A DNA stretch of 64,000 nucleotides. Origin: Eledone cirrhosa (Eukaryota). The position numbers were made by a program, and so were the translations under genes. The notes under the pieces are model-generated. The model worked only from the letters and a program-made list of their open reading frames with translations, did not search any database and was not told the DNA's origin. This document shows, piece by piece, positions 63,896 through 64,000 of this stretch; position 1 is the stretch's first letter, and each line of letters begins with the position of its first letter. Location of the stretch: the NCBI GenBank assembly GCA_964016885.1, contig CAXHJY010000443.1, positions 62,001-126,000 of the forward strand, written 5' to 3'.

Positions 63896-64000
63896 TTGAA
63901 AACAAGAACTGAAAGCAAGCCAGAGTAAGCTGTGGAGAAATATGGGGTTGGTTTGCTTCATCTGGCTGATTAAATATACTGAGGTCCTTGCGATCAAGAT
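63896..64000 (-). CDS. CNNM: CNNM metal (Mg2+) transporter, coding exon (5' part runs off the window)
   Basis: Minus-strand translation LDRKDLSIFNQPDEANQPHISPQLTLACFQFLFS resembles the CNNM linker ...ISPQLLLA..RFL. It ends at a GTAAGT donor (acttac at 63890-63895) in phase 1 and joins the next exon in frame (A+GT=Ser). Confidence 0.9.

Overview
AT-rich, repeat-saturated animal genomic DNA. The SINE/LINE repertoire and microsatellite load suggest an octopus or other coleoid cephalopod (inference). The only host gene I can support is the 3' part of a CNNM (cyclin M/ACDP) Mg2+ transporter gene on the minus strand. It has four spliceable coding exons (63896-64000 partial, 56155-56316, 50294-50377, 46242-47095) encoding the cyclic-nucleotide-binding-homology domain and a long low-complexity tail. 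The rest is tRNA-derived SINEs (Nin/Deu-type, CORE-type, Meta-type), RTE and CR1 LINE fragments, a non-autonomous Helitron, piggyBac/Tc2/Tigger/hAT-like MITEs and very large (TA)-based microsatellites. Nearly all ORFs in the supplied track are microsatellite or repeat artefacts. The most notable unexplained structure is a set of short, often palindromic elements next to (TA)n tracts that carry minimal type I hammerhead ribozyme motifs (CUGANGA-stem II-GAAA-short stem III-NUH). They fall into at least four sequence families and co-occur with a truncated Penelope-like retroelement (GIY-YIG endonuclease C-terminus, inverted pLTRs). Together these suggest a Penelope-driven, microsatellite-associated population of ribozyme elements. 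One sits about 1.2 kb downstream of the CNNM stop codon. All calls were made by eye; no database search was run.
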